Shown: positions 1 to 12,337 of the stretch, piece by piece | Layout: each line of letters opens with the position of its first letter | How positions within the stretch are numbered: the first letter of the stretch is position 1 | DNA from: Utricularia gibba | Taxonomy: Eukaryota; Plantae; Magnoliophyta | Assembly (NCBI GenBank): GCA_002189035.1 | Contig: CM007992.1 | Location: 2,232,001-2,296,000 of the forward strand | Length of the DNA: 64,000 nucleotides | Direction: 5' to 3' | Made by a program: the position numbers and the translations under genes | The notes under the pieces: generated by a model | What the model was told of the DNA's origin: nothing | Database searches by the model: none | What the model saw: only the letters and a program-made list of their open reading frames with translations

Positions 1-3000
1 AATCCTTACCTCACTACCTGATAGCTACTCGCAGTTTGTGATGAACTATCAGATGAACAAGATGGATCAAACTGAGAAAACTATCACAAAGGAACAAAAG
101 AATGTCATGCTTGTCTCTTCAAGAAAAAAGGTTTCCAAGAAGAAGAGTCAAGACAAGAAACTCAAAGCTAAAAGTGAGATCAAGAAGAAGAAGCTTGTTG
201 AAAAACTGGCTAAGGGTGAATGCTTTCATTGTGGGAAATCTGGTCATTGGAAGAGAAACTGCAAAGCCTATCTAGAGTCAATCAAGGGCAAGAAGCAGAA
301 TGAAAATTCAGCTTCAGGTATTCACATGATTGAGATTAACACTACTATCAAGAATGGTTCTTGGGTGTTAGATTCTGGTTGTGGTGCTCACATTTGCACT
401 AACATGCAGGACCTAATGAGTAGTAGAATCTTGAAGAAAAGCGATGTTGACCTAAGAGTTGGGAATGGTGCATGAGTTGCTACCATGGCAGTTGGGACTT
501 GCCACATCGCCCTACCTTCTGGATTATCTCTTGAATTAGATTCTGTTTATTGTGTTCCCTCATTGTCTAAGAACATCGTCTCTATTTCTTGTTTAGACAA
601 GATTGGTTTCGAGTTTTCTATAAAGAACAATTGTTGTTCCATACGACGAGGGAATGTGCATTATGGTACTGCTACGATAGTAAACGGAATGTATGTTTTG
701 GATCATCATGATTCAGAACAGATTAACATGTGCATAAAAAGGCCAAGGATTGACAATGTCTTGAATTCTTACCTCTGACATTGTCGTTTAGGCCATATAA
801 ACAAGAAGCGTGTTGAGTACTTATATCGATTGGGATATTTGGACTCAGAAGATTATGAATCTTATGAAACATGCGAATCTTGTTTATTGGGCAAAATGAC
901 AAAGCAACCTTTTCTAGGAAAAGGAACAAGAGCTGAAAACTTATTGGATTTAATACATTCTGATGTATGTGGTCCAATGAACATCACTGCTAGAGGGGGT
1001 TTCTCGTATTTTATCACTTTTACAGATGACCATTCAAGATATGGACGCATCTACTTGATGAAACGAAAATCTGAAGCCTTTGAAAAGTTCAAAGAGTTTC
1101 GGATGGAGGTCGAGAACCAACTTGAGCGTTCCATCAAGAAACTTCGATCAAATCGTGGTGGGGAATACTTGAGTAATGAATTCAAGAATCATTTGAAGGA
1201 CAATGGTATTGTCTCAGAAAGAACTCCTCCTGATACACTTGAGCACAATGGTGTTTCTAAGAGGAGAAATCGAACTTTGCTTGACATGGTTCGATCCATG
1301 ATGAGTTTTGCAGAACTACCAAAGTCCATGTGGGGATATGCTTTAGAGGCAGCGGCTCATGTTTTGAACAAAGCCCCATCGAAATCGGTTGAAACCACTC
1401 CTTATGAGATTTGGACTGGCAGAAAACCGAGTTTCTACTATCTCAAAGCTTGGGGATGCCCCGCTTATGTAAGAAGGTTGAAGTCAGATAAGTTGGAGAA
1501 CAAATCTGACAAGTGTTTCTTTCTAGAATATCCACAAGAAACCATGGGATACTACTTCTATAATCCTCAAGAGGGAAAAATTTTCATCTCGAGGAATGTC
1601 GTCTTTTTAGAGAAAGAGTTTCTCCTCAAAGAAGCAAGTGGGAGTCGTTTTGAACTTGAGGAGATGTTTGAGAATGAGCCAGTGACACCTATAGAGATGC
1701 CAGTGGGTGACTCAAAAGGTAATCTAGGCTCACCATCTCGAAATTGTGTCCTAGAAGCTGGTAATGTACTAGTGAGCAATCAACCTGAGCAATCTGACTT
1801 CCCAAATGTACCAAGCATATTTTCTGTCAGAAGATCAGTCTGACAACATAACCCTATTGTGAGATATGGTTTCATTGTTGATGCCGAAGGCATGGGAGAC
1901 CTCATATTAGATGAGGAACCTCGGACTTATGACGAAGCAATCAATAGTGATGAGTCAAGTAAATGGCTTGTTGCCATGAGAAGAATGTATGGACATTGGT
2001 CAATGCTCCAGAGGGAGTAAATCCTATTGGATGCAAATGGGTATTCAAAAGGAAAACTGACATGGATGGAAATATATCTACCTATAAGGCACGACTTGTG
2101 GCAAAAGGGTATCGTCAAAAACAAGGTGTTGACTATGACGAAACCTTCTCGCCTGTTGCTATGCTGAAGTCCATTCGAATTTTACTTGCCATTGTTGCTC
2201 ATTTTGATTATGAGATATGGCAGATGGATGTGAAAACAGCCTTCCTAAATGGAAATTTGGCTGAGGAAGTGTACATGACACAACCTGAAGGTTTCACACA
2301 AGATACTAGTAAAGTGTGTAAACTGAACAAATCCATCTATGGGTTAAAGCAAGCTTCAAGAAGTTGGAACATCAAATTTGATGAGACAATCAAAGAGTTT
2401 GGTTTCTCTCAAAATGAAGATGAACCTTGTGTATACAAGAAGGTAGATGGCTTGGCAATCGTATTTCTCATACTATATGTGGATGGCATATTAGTAATGG
2501 GAAATGATGTTGCAACAATGCAATCAGTAAAAATCTGGTTATCCAAGAGCTTTTCAATGAAAGATCTTGGAGATGCGGCTTATATATTGGGCATAAAGAT
2601 CTATAGAGATAGATCAAAGAGACTGATTGGATTATCACAATCGACCTACATCGATAAAGTGTTAAAGAAGTTTAACATGGCTGATTCCAAGAGAGGTTTA
2701 ATGCCCATGACACATAAGGCACTTTCAAAAGCAATGTGCCCCAAGATAGAAGAAGAAAGGGATCAGATGGCTCAAATCCCATATGCTTCTACTATTGGGT
2801 CAATAATGTATACCACGTTGTGTACTAGACCAAATGTGTCATATGCTTTAAGTGTTACAAGCATATATGAGTCGAACCCTAGAATGGATCATTGGACTGC
2901 ACTCAAGAGCATTCTTAAGTACTTAAGAAGTACTAAATACATGTTCCTGATTTATGGTGGTCAAGATCTTGAAATGGGAGAATATGTTTCAAATCTCATT

Positions 3001-3372
3001 TGACTTGACGTCTCAATCAAGATACATATTCACCCTAAATGGAGGTGCAGTCACTTAGAAAAGTTCTTGAGATCTGCTCCAAGGTCTTCGTGCTCTCTGA
3101 GACTAATCCACAAGGAGGCGTTTTTCTCTACTAGCACCTGAGAAATTCGACCAGCATTCAAGAGCCTTGAGAAGTCGACGGAGTGCTCCACGTGTGGATA
3201 CCATAGAGGCCGTCTGCTATTGGCAGTTCGTGAACAACGGAGTCATCTGAAAGGTATTTCAGAATCCCTTTGTCTAATGTATACCGTATTCCAAGATCTG
3301 CGTTGGGGGTTTCTCAAAATTTTTAAAATTCCACTGCTTTTGAGACATACGATGTCTACGAGAAACCCAACA
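1..3372 (+). mobile_element. Ty1/copia LTR retrotransposon remnant (Angela-like). It runs off the window start, its RNase H is deleted, and it ends in a partial LTR.
   Basis: Gag zinc knuckle CFHCGKSGHWKRNC and protease WVLDSGCGAHIC (38-475). GAG-pre-integrase WHCRLGH has W mutated to TGA (~776). Integrase LIHSDVCGP...SNRGGEY (830-1843). RT WVFKRK...YKARLVAKG...[11 protein letters not shown]...LYVDGIL (1963-3003). The RNase H start SQSRYIFTLNGGAVT breaks at ~3066 into LTR-like sequence ending CCCAACA at 3372. There are several stop codons. Confidence 0.93.
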
Positions 3373-4235
3373 CAAATGACTGTGAGGTACCTGACATGGA
3401 AGTATAGGAGGGAGCCTCAGATAGAATAATGGATGGGGTGAGCTCGGGTGTTGCTATAGGCACTAGGTCGCATGGTGGAAAAACAGACTGAGGATGAAGA
3501 CTGATAGGGAGAGACATCCTCATTAAAAACAATATCACGAGCAATAGAACAATGCTTTTCATGCAAGTCAAACAAACGATAATTACCGGAGGTCATAGTA
3601 TATCCCAAGATAGATGGAATGGATTGTGGAGCAAACTTATCTTTATGAGGAGTGGTATCCACTGCATATGTCAAGCACCTGATGAAGCATCTCATAGGAT
3701 GTTTTCCATTGTGACAGTGTATTAAGGAGGCGATTAATAAGATAGGCAGAAAGAAGAATTGCATCACCTCAAAAAGAACGAGACAAGCCAGCATGTATAA
3801 GCATCAATTAAGCCAGATCCGTTAAGCGCTGATGTTTGCGTTCAACTTGCCCATTCTATTGTGCTGAACGAACATAAGTAGGATTATGTAGGATACCCCT
3901 TATGGCAAATAGAGCCCCACAAGCATGATTAATACTCATACCCATTATCTGAGCGAACCTTTTTAACCATTCTCTGATATTGAACTTCCATCATCATCAA
4001 AAAATTAGTAAGTGTGACCAGGACATGCAATTTATCTTGAAGCAAGTAAATCCATATTACACGAGAGTGATCATCAACAATCGTAGGAAAATATTGTGCA
4101 CTAGTGCAAGAAGGTATCTGATATTTTCTCCATAAATCAGTATATAGTAAGTCAAAAATGGTCATTGCCTTCTTCGATTTAATGGGCGTCGAGTTTACTT
4201 TACCAAATGAAATATATGATGATAAACGAAAAATT

Positions 4236-4785
4236 TGATACCATTGTAATAAAATCAAATTCTGTATCAAATAAATCTATAAACCCTACTATTCAAAAAA
4301 TACAAGTTCAGAGAACATAAATCGTGGTTTTTGGGGTCAATCATAAGGACTGAATGCTTACTATGTGTTCTAGTCTACGCAGAATCACAGAAAGATTTCA
4401 GTTTTAGTCTAAGGTCAAACTAAAAATAACAGACAAACTCGTTAAGTAGGGTCAAGTTATAGAGTAGGAAATAACAAGTGCTAGGTCTAAGTATAGATAT
4501 ATTAAGATGCCTCAAAGATGTACAAGTGATGTGATACAAATGTCTCTAATTTAATTTACAAAGTTTCTATACTCACAACTTCAAACAACATAAGTCTACC
4601 TAGTTCATTTATCATGTTTTCGACTACGATAGCCCCAAATATCATCACTAAGTTCACAATGAAGTCTACCCACATACAAATCATATAGAACTAGGTCTAC
4701 TTGGTTCTACTGATTCGCTTCAAACTAATACCTACTGTCTTTGCCTTGATTTGTTGGTTTGCTTCTAAATCAAGCATATGAGTTA
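4236..4785 (-). mobile_element. LTR fragment with PBS-like stub (possibly SIRE-like) inside Ale pol
   Basis: About 550 bp of non-coding sequence lies where the GAG-pre-integrase domain should be. On the minus strand it ends ...ATTACA followed by ATGGTATCA (4243-4236). A GTCTAC motif recurs (~4373, 4594, 4664, 4695). Confidence 0.4.
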
Positions 4786-5539
4786 TGAAGCTTCTTGTTC
4801 CCATTGCGAACATGACCTCAGGCAACTATGGCATCACTGTGTCGGTCCTACAGAAAACAATCATCTGAATCAAAAAATGCTCGTAGGTTCCCTTTCTTCA
4901 CTATACGATATATGGAGGCCAAAGTAAAATGGAATTCAGGAGCATGGAGCACATCAGTTAAGACCAAGTTGGGTTACAGATGAAAGTCTCCCATCCCATT
5001 AGAGCATCTCCAACTGTTTCCACAAAAGCTTATGTGGCACTTCCATTTTACTTATTAAATTTTCGGAAATCATTGTGTGGGTGTAATTTTGTTTTTGGAT
5101 TTTCGTAGAATGGAGTTTTCATTTCCATTATGAAAATCCATCAAATTGGGTGCCATTTTTCTTCTCCCTCCACTGACACCAACTAATGCCAATTTCACTA
5201 ACCATTCGGTTCTTCCCTATTGACACCAGACTCAAATCATGTACTCATTCTTTGTAGCTCACTATCAGATGCATCTGTTTTGACAAATCTCTACGTAATC
5301 ATAGCCTTTATTTGCTGCCCTTCCATCAACAAATCGTAATCATATCCTATAATTTCTTATGATGTGATGCCGCATATCGTTGTTGCTCCTCTGCTTTGTT
5401 TAGAGTTGGGGATTGATGTTTCTTATGATGAGAATAATCAATCACATGAATGTCTCTGGTATGGGTTTTGGGTAATCAGGAGTATTAATGTTTAGATAAA
5501 TTTGATTGTGCCTTTTTATAGGATAGTTGATAGAGGATT

Positions 5540-6415
5540 AGTTTCTATAAGGTTGTGTGAAGAAGATAAACTCATTCTTGTTTCGACTTGGCTTAATGTA
5601 AGAAAGGATTCGGAACATGGAGCTTAACAAAAAGGAAATAGTCAAAAAATAGATGAGTATTATTATCAAGCTGGACCAACTCAAGCTCATACTCAGGATA
5701 CAATTTTTCAAAAATGGGTAAATCCAAGCCATTCTATAAGCAAGTTTAGTGATTGTTTTGATCGTATTGTTACAAGAGGAGAGAGTGGATTTAATGAACA
5801 TGATTTTAAGCAACAAGCTTTAGAGTTGTACAAAGTTGAAGTGAATAAAGATTTCCTTGATATCAAGTGTTGGGAGATACTACGTAATGAACCAAAATGG
5901 ATGTCGGTAGGAAATGTTAAGTTGTTTTGTTTTTTTTTCGCTAGACTAATGGAACGAAAGTGCTACTCAAGCTTCAAAGCACTATGGAATCACTATCAAA
6001 TGAGCATGGAAAGTTTCTAATACACTTGATCTTTGTATTTACTTTTTATTGTTGATTTCTTATTATTTATTCACCTACTCCATCGGAAGAAAGGCCAATT
6101 GGGAAGAAGGCGGCAAACTGTAAATGCATGGAAAAACAAGTGGTTGGATCAAATTCTAAACAAGTTGCATATTCAAAACTCCGAGATGTTATCAAGGCAA
6201 TGAAGATGAGTATTGATAAGAGAAATGAATCGATGTGGGAATTCAAGCAACTATATATGGCATCATTGAAAAATGAGCTTTCAAAGGTAGATATTGCAAG
6301 TATGACTTTGGAACAAAAAAGGATACAAGAACTTGCATATCATGGTCTTGCAAATGGCTCTGACAATTTCTGCCCAAATTATCCAAAACCAACAGGGGAT
6401 GCGTCTGATGATTAA
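5540..6415 (+). pseudogene. PIF/Harbinger ORF1 remnant (Myb/SANT-like, NAM-associated type)
   Basis: EEDKLILVSTWLNVRKDS..QK (~5570-5630) and FLDIKCWEILRNEPKW (5826-5900). Interrupted by stops and frameshifts. Confidence 0.75.
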
Positions 6416-6724
6416 TATTATTGTATTTGACTTTGAAGTTTGGTTTCCAGTAGAGACTACTTTAATTTAGTGACTTTTAAACTTGTTAATGGTTTTTTCA
6501 TAACTTATAATATGATTATCATTTAGTTATGTTATTTCAATGTAAATAAATTGATAAATAATAATGAAATGTAAATTAATTGTTATTAGTAGTTTATAAG
6601 AATTAAATTTGTAGATCTAAATAAAAGTATTCAGTAAAATGCTGATTAAATAAATGTGTAGTTAATATGAATATGCTAATTAAAATCAAATTAATTTTGT
6701 GTAGTTAAAAATGAAACTGATAAT

Positions 6725-7000
6725 TGAAATAAAAATTAAATCTTCTAGTAACTAGAAACATAATTGATAGAAATAAAATTAGTAATGAAAATAAAAATTG
6801 AATCACCTAGTAGATTGAAATAGTATTAGTAATTAAAATGAAAATTAAATTATCTAATAAATAGAAATATACTTACTAAAATAAAATTAGAAATTGAAAT
6901 GAAAGTTAAATCACTTAGTAAATCAAAATAACATTAATAGTTGAAATAAATATTAAATCACCTAATAAATAGAAATAACATTGGTAATTAAAATGAATAT
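6725..7000. repeat. AT-rich degenerate minisatellite (about 5 units) inside the PIF element
   Basis: Recurring unit like AAT(A/G)AAAATTAAATCACCTAGTAAATAGAAATA at roughly 45-65 bp spacing. Confidence 0.6.
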
Positions 7001-7020
7001 ACGCATGAAAATAATTTTTC

Positions 7021-7040
7021 TATATATATATATATATATA
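7021..7040. repeat. (TA)10 microsatellite
   Basis: Read directly from the sequence. Confidence 0.95.
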
Positions 7041-7339
7041 CGCCTCATCAGGGGTCCTTCCCCCAAATATAACCATGCATACGTTCTTAAGATGCACATA
7101 GTAGTTTTTCTCTTCTTCCTCATAAGACTTGTTCCACATTGGGTGTATGTGCACCCACTGCAGCCACAATAGCTGCTGCCAGTTGTTCCGTCTCGCTAGG
7201 TGGAGTCTCCACGTTCTCTGCAACTGAATTCTGCTCTTCCTTGTCCCTTGATAGTGTTCGGTTCTCATTACTTGTACTCTCCCTAGATGCCTATCACATG
7301 ACTTAACTCATTAGTATCATCGTACCTATCACATGACTG

Positions 7340-8660
7340 AATTATGCTCTTCCTTATCCATTTCTTCTATTGTTACAAGAAATGGATCCTTATTTGTCAA
7401 AAAGTTGGCCGATGATTTTTTATGATGAAGATGTAATTTGTACGGCAAACTTATTAGAAGTGGCTGAAGCCTCTTGCAAGAATTCTGATGATGAGGAAGA
7501 AGAACCACATCCCCAACTACATTGAGTGTAATCATGAATTAGGCTATGAAAAGTTAGTAACTGATTACTTCTGTGACCGTCCATCTTCTATAGATGAACA
7601 ATTCTGCCAAAGATTTCGAATGCATCAATGCTTATTTCAATGGATTGTTGATATTGTCAAAGGAGTAGATCCATTTTTTCAGGAAAAATTAGATTGTATT
7701 GGTCGACTTGGATTGAGTGTATTACAAAAATGCACAACATTTATTCAAATGCTAGCATATGTATGTGGGGCATATGTTATTGATGAATATATTCATATTG
7801 AAGAGACAACATTCATAGATTGTCTTCGACACTTTATTATTGCTATTCGTTCATGTTTTTCGACAGAATATTTAAGGTCGCCAACAATAGAAGATCTAAA
7901 ATGTTCACTTGCATGAGTAGAATCTCGTGGATTTCATAAAATGCTTGGAAGTATAGATTGCATACATTGGGAATAGAAAAATTGCTCTGTAACATGGCAA
8001 GTTCAATTTAAATGTGGGGACCATGGCAAACCTTCCCTCATGTTTGAGGTCATGGCTTCTGCTAATATATAGATTTGACACTTTTTTTAAAAAAATGTTA
8101 GGTGCAAATAATGATATAATTATTCTACAACATTCACCTTTGCTCAATGAGTTACATAACGGTATTGCTCCAAAAGTACAATTTACTATCAATGATAATC
8201 ACTATGACATGAGATATTATTTGACGGATGCAATTTACCCTGAGTGCCCTATTTTTATAAAGTCTATTACATTGTCTCAAGGTCAAAAAGCTCAGCTATT
8301 TTCTCAATTACATAATAGTGTCAAAAAAGATATAGAACGCATCTTTGGGATCTAACAAATCCAATTTGTGATTTTGAAAGTGCCAGCAAGAGTTTGAGAT
8401 CGAAAAACGCTAGGAAATATTATGTATGCATGTATCATATTGCATAATATGATAGTTGAAGACGAAGATCATATAATTCCACCTGATAATGCTGAAGATG
8501 ATAATGATCCTTGTCCAAGTTCATCTTCTGAAAAATTACAAGAATGCTTGTGCAAATTTACAAAGCTACCTTGAACGTGTGGAACACTCATGTGATATCA
8601 ACATCTATCGACAGTTGAAAAAGGTCTTGATTGAGCATATTTGGGCAAATTTCAATTGAT
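7340..8660 (+). pseudogene. PIF/Harbinger DDE transposase remnant
   Basis: FCQRFRM, DEYIHIEETT, GSIDCIHWE*KNC, YYLTDAIYPE, KDIERIFGI and ACIILHNMIVEDE motifs, with multiple stops and frameshifts. Confidence 0.9.
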
Positions 8661-10144
8661 ATTTTGTATGAATGATTTTAATTTTTAGTTGTTATAATTT
8701 TATTGAAATTGGTTTTCGTAATTTTTTTTATGTTGTATGTTTTTTAATATTTAATCAATTATCTTCTATCTCTTTTAATACTATTTGTTTATGAAAATGA
8801 TTATAAAGAAAATGAAAATTTAGTAATTAAATTTTCGGAAATGTAGTAAAAGTGAAATGATACTACAGATTTTCGGAAACCATTGGAGATACTCTTAGAG
8901 GATAATCGTGTGTTTTTTGGCGAGAAAACATGCAAATCTTGGTCAGGTTTTCGTAAGTTGAACAAACGTGTGTTTTCCCCACGCATATGAGAGGTTGCCC
9001 TTGAATCCAAAATCCAATCGTGAATATTACGATTAAAATAAGAATAGTTCATACCTGCAAAATTCTCCTCGAATGCAAGCTCATTTGTCACCGACGGCAT
9101 ACTTGACTTCCCCTTAGCTTGATATAAAGACCACATAGAATTCACGAAATTGATGAAGTCTGGTAGTGGATGAGTGGAATCATTGGTGACATCAAGAGGT
9201 GTGCTCGTCCCATCGCCTACAAAGTGAGCAACTACTACATTGGGCTTGCACCAATTCTCTTGATCGCATTGCAGTTTGTAGCACTTATCCTTTGTATGCC
9301 CAAGCTTATTGCAATAACTACAACAATCACGCTGTTTGCGAGTCTGGCTGGAACTTATAGAGGTGGGAGCACCCATATCCAGCTTTGTTGACTTCCCACC
9401 TTGGAGACCCAGTGCAACATCATGTCTAGAATCAGCAGCTGACTCTGCGGAAATTGTCTTGTGTCGCTTGGCTGATAAGACCAATCGATATGCTTCATCC
9501 ACAGAAGGAGTAGGGCGAGTGTCGATAATTTGATTGCTGAGGGAGTCATGAGATCCGTGCAATCTAGTCAAAAATTATTGTATTCGATTAGAATTTTCTA
9601 TGAGTTGTAGCTGTTCCCCCAAGTCTCCTGGAATGAATGGTAGTGAACGTAGGGCATCTAACTCATTCCAAATCCTCGCTAATTTGGAGAAATACACCAC
9701 GACTGAGTCATCCCCTGTGAAAGAGATTGTAGTTCTATATGAAAGTGAAAAATCTAAGGTTCGATGGAAGCCCCAAATCGCCGTTCGATCTCAACCCACA
9801 AGCTGTGTGCATCCGATGAAAAAAACGGAGGAGTCTACAATCTCTCATTCTATAGAATTGAGAATTAATGTCATCACCGCTCTTTTCCAGTCGTGTAGGA
9901 GTTTGGCTGAAGCTTCCCAAACTTTCATGGCTGTCATGATCTCTGACTTCGCATCAATAATGGGTTTGGGACTCAAAATGGGGGCTGCTTCAGTTCCATC
10001 AATGTGACCTAGCAGACCATGCCCTCCCAAACCTATCATTACGGCCTTCGACCAAGCAAGATAATTCTGGTCATTGAAGCGGCTTGAAACAAGAGAAGGA
10101 GAAGATTCGGACAACATTGAAGAAGCGGTATCGCTTCGATACCA

Positions 10145-10287
10145 TGAAGAAGTGGAAACGAGAGTTGGAGAATCCTTAATCTTTCATTCATCCAAAAGGG
10201 GTACATTGTACAAAGTAAAGCATGAAGTAAACTACTATATACACAGAAAGGAAACTAAATTAATGAGAGAAGGAAAGTATTTCAACA
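10145..10287 (-). repeat. 5' LTR (~143 bp) of the Ale-like element
   Basis: TG...CA termini on the minus strand, directly followed by an iMet-type PBS and the gag ORF. The partner LTR is not in the window. Confidence 0.7.
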
Positions 10288-11031
10288 GGTAGCCTTAAAT
10301 CTGCATTCTTAACATGAGCTGGCTTATGCACTTTTTTTTTTTTTTGTCAAAAAGCATGTTGCGAAATTGGTCTGTCCAGAGCACGGAATTGAAGGTAAGA
10401 GAAGGGCAATGGAAAGTATGAGGACATTCAGTAGAAAAGTTTTGATGATTAATGAAAGAGTTTAGCTTTCAGTAATGATTGGAGAAGGTACAGTCTTGTG
10501 AAGTAAAATAGTATTTTCCCGGCTACTTGATAATTTGAATCTGTGTTTCTAAGAGGGAAAAAGAAAAATAATTCGATCTTCCGGTCCTAGTCCTAGGAAT
10601 CACAATGATTCAGAGAGCAGGCGCTTTGTACGTGTTTCAGTTTCCAGCATGTAGTTCTAATATTTTGAAGCTAGAAATGGATATGAATGGTCGGGGTTAG
10701 AAGTTTTTTTCTGCGGATTCTTGTATCATACGTTACTCACTTCCCTCTCAATGCCTTGTGTTAACATCATCTTGCTGTTCCAGTGGTTTTGCGTTGCAGA
10801 TAAAAGGCCATAGATCACAGTAGCCAGGGGAATGGGAGGATGAAGCACTAGGCATTTCTTGTATAACAGGCGCAGCCAGTGTAAGAGATCGTGCAACTGG
10901 TTGTTCATTGATCGTCGTTGTTGATTATGTAGGAATGAGTCCCCTCCATTGAAGGATTAGAAATACAACCAGGTAGTTGTCAGCGAATTTTCAAGAAATG
11001 GTGCCGTAGCAGCACTCATGGGCCAGGCAAA

Positions 11032-11910
11032 ATGGCTTTTCATGTTGAAGAAGAACACACAGAAGATTACCTTTTCAAGATAGTTCTGATGGCTGTTGCT
11101 AAATCGAATTTGCTCCCCATGTTTTCTAGAGATGAGTTTTATTCGAATTCCAAATCCGCTATAGGTCTTGAGTCTCAAACTCAGAAGATGGTAATCAACG
11201 GGAAGGAGGTTAAGGCACAAATCTGGGACAAAGCAGGGCAGGAGCGGTTTCGGGCAGTAACATCTGCATACTAACGAGGTGCAGTCGGAGCCCTTCTTGT
11301 CAATGACATTACCAGACGGCAGGACGTTTTAAAGTGTTGGGAGGTGGCTCAATTGAGCTGTATAGTAAGCAAGCCTGCTTTCCATTTGCTCATCTCCATG
11401 TTTGCTTGATTAAAGCTATGAGAACTCAGACAGAGGAGAATGAGCAATTTGTCCCGTCCCATATCCGTTTGTTGAAACAATAAACTACTGCAGATACAGA
11501 GCAATGTGCCGTTTGTTTATCAGATTCTGATGTGTCTATCCATCTGTCTTACTAGTTTCTCTTGAACAGCCCACTCGGACATGAATGTGGTAACAATATT
11601 GGTAGGAAACAAGTCCGATCTGAAAGATGCCCGTGAGGCGTCATGAGAAGAAGGCAAAAGCTTAGCCGAAGCAAAGACTATGTTCTTCACGAAACCTCGG
11701 CTTTCGATTCATCGAACGTGGCTGCTGCGTTTCGACAAGTCATGAAAGAAATCTTCGAAATCCTCAGTCGAAAGGTGATCCAATCTCAAGAACTGAAGGT
11801 TAAGGACCCTGGATGGATGGATGGGTGATGGGAAAACGGTAGTTTTGCAGGCTGATGTGAATCAGGATACAGATGGAGAAATCAAGAAAGGTGGTTGCTG
11901 TTCCTCATGG
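11032..11910 (+). pseudogene. RABA5: Unprocessed pseudogene of a RABA5-type (Rab11 family) small GTPase
   Basis: [18 protein letters not shown]..., [51 protein letters not shown] and C-terminal KKGGCCSS. A GT-AG intron (11365-11569) is retained. The P-loop has lost residues ([10 protein letters not shown] versus IVLIGDSAVGKSN). There are in-frame stops at 11272-11274 and ~11643, several frameshifts, and the terminal stop has become TGG. Confidence 0.9.
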
Positions 11911-12211
11911 GAAGCAGGCCTGCGAACTTCGATTGTTATTCCATTTGGGCACGGTGGTGGTTACTTTCTATACTGCTTCATCCTATACCACTTCAGGCGT
12001 ATGCATATCAGCTCCACCATTTTCATACATCGAAGCGAACGCCATGAATTTACGTGCATCGTGATGACAATAACACGCACAAGAACGAGGAATACAATCC
12101 CAACTATAACTCCAAACTACGACTGAAACATGAAGAAAGGAGAAAAATGCCTTTCTTATGGGAGGAGGGGAAGAAAAAAGTTCCTCCCTTCTGGTCAAAA
12201 TTGAAATGCAT

Positions 12212-12220
12212 AAACCCTAA
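12212..12220 (+). promoter_or_regulatory. Telo-box AAACCCTAA upstream of the thymidine kinase gene
   Basis: Exact motif ~120 bp upstream of the ATG. Function is not shown. Confidence 0.35.
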
Positions 12221-12337
12221 CATTAAAAACCCCGCTTTCAAAATTCTGGCTGCACGGTGTCGTGGGCTCCCGGCGCCGTGCTCAAGCAGCAAAATTTCAT
12301 GTGTATTCCTTGTGTGGCACCATTCAGTCTCTTGTAA

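Larger units (their letters stand above)
5002..8894 (+). mobile_element. PIF/Harbinger DNA transposon, decayed two-ORF copy
   Basis: TIRs GAGCATCTCCAACTGTTTCC (from 5002) and GAGTATCTCCAATGGTTTCC (reverse complement, ending 8894). TTA TSD at 4999-5001 and 8895-8897. It contains Myb-like ORF1 and DDE transposase remnants. Confidence 0.93.
3373..10287 (-). mobile_element. Ty1/copia retrotransposon (Ale-like), 3'-truncated and interrupted by nested insertions
   Basis: Minus strand: short 5' LTR 10287-10145 (TGTTG...CA) and PBS TGGTATCGAAGC (10144-10133). Gag N-terminus RFNDQNYLAWSKAVMIGLGG (10117-9845), zinc knuckle CSYCNKLGHTKDKC and protease DWILDSRATSHM (9571-8895). Pol continues at 5001-4790. 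Integrase IFDLLYTDLW...VRSDNGYEY (4270-3929) with further remnants to ~3373. Confidence 0.88.
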
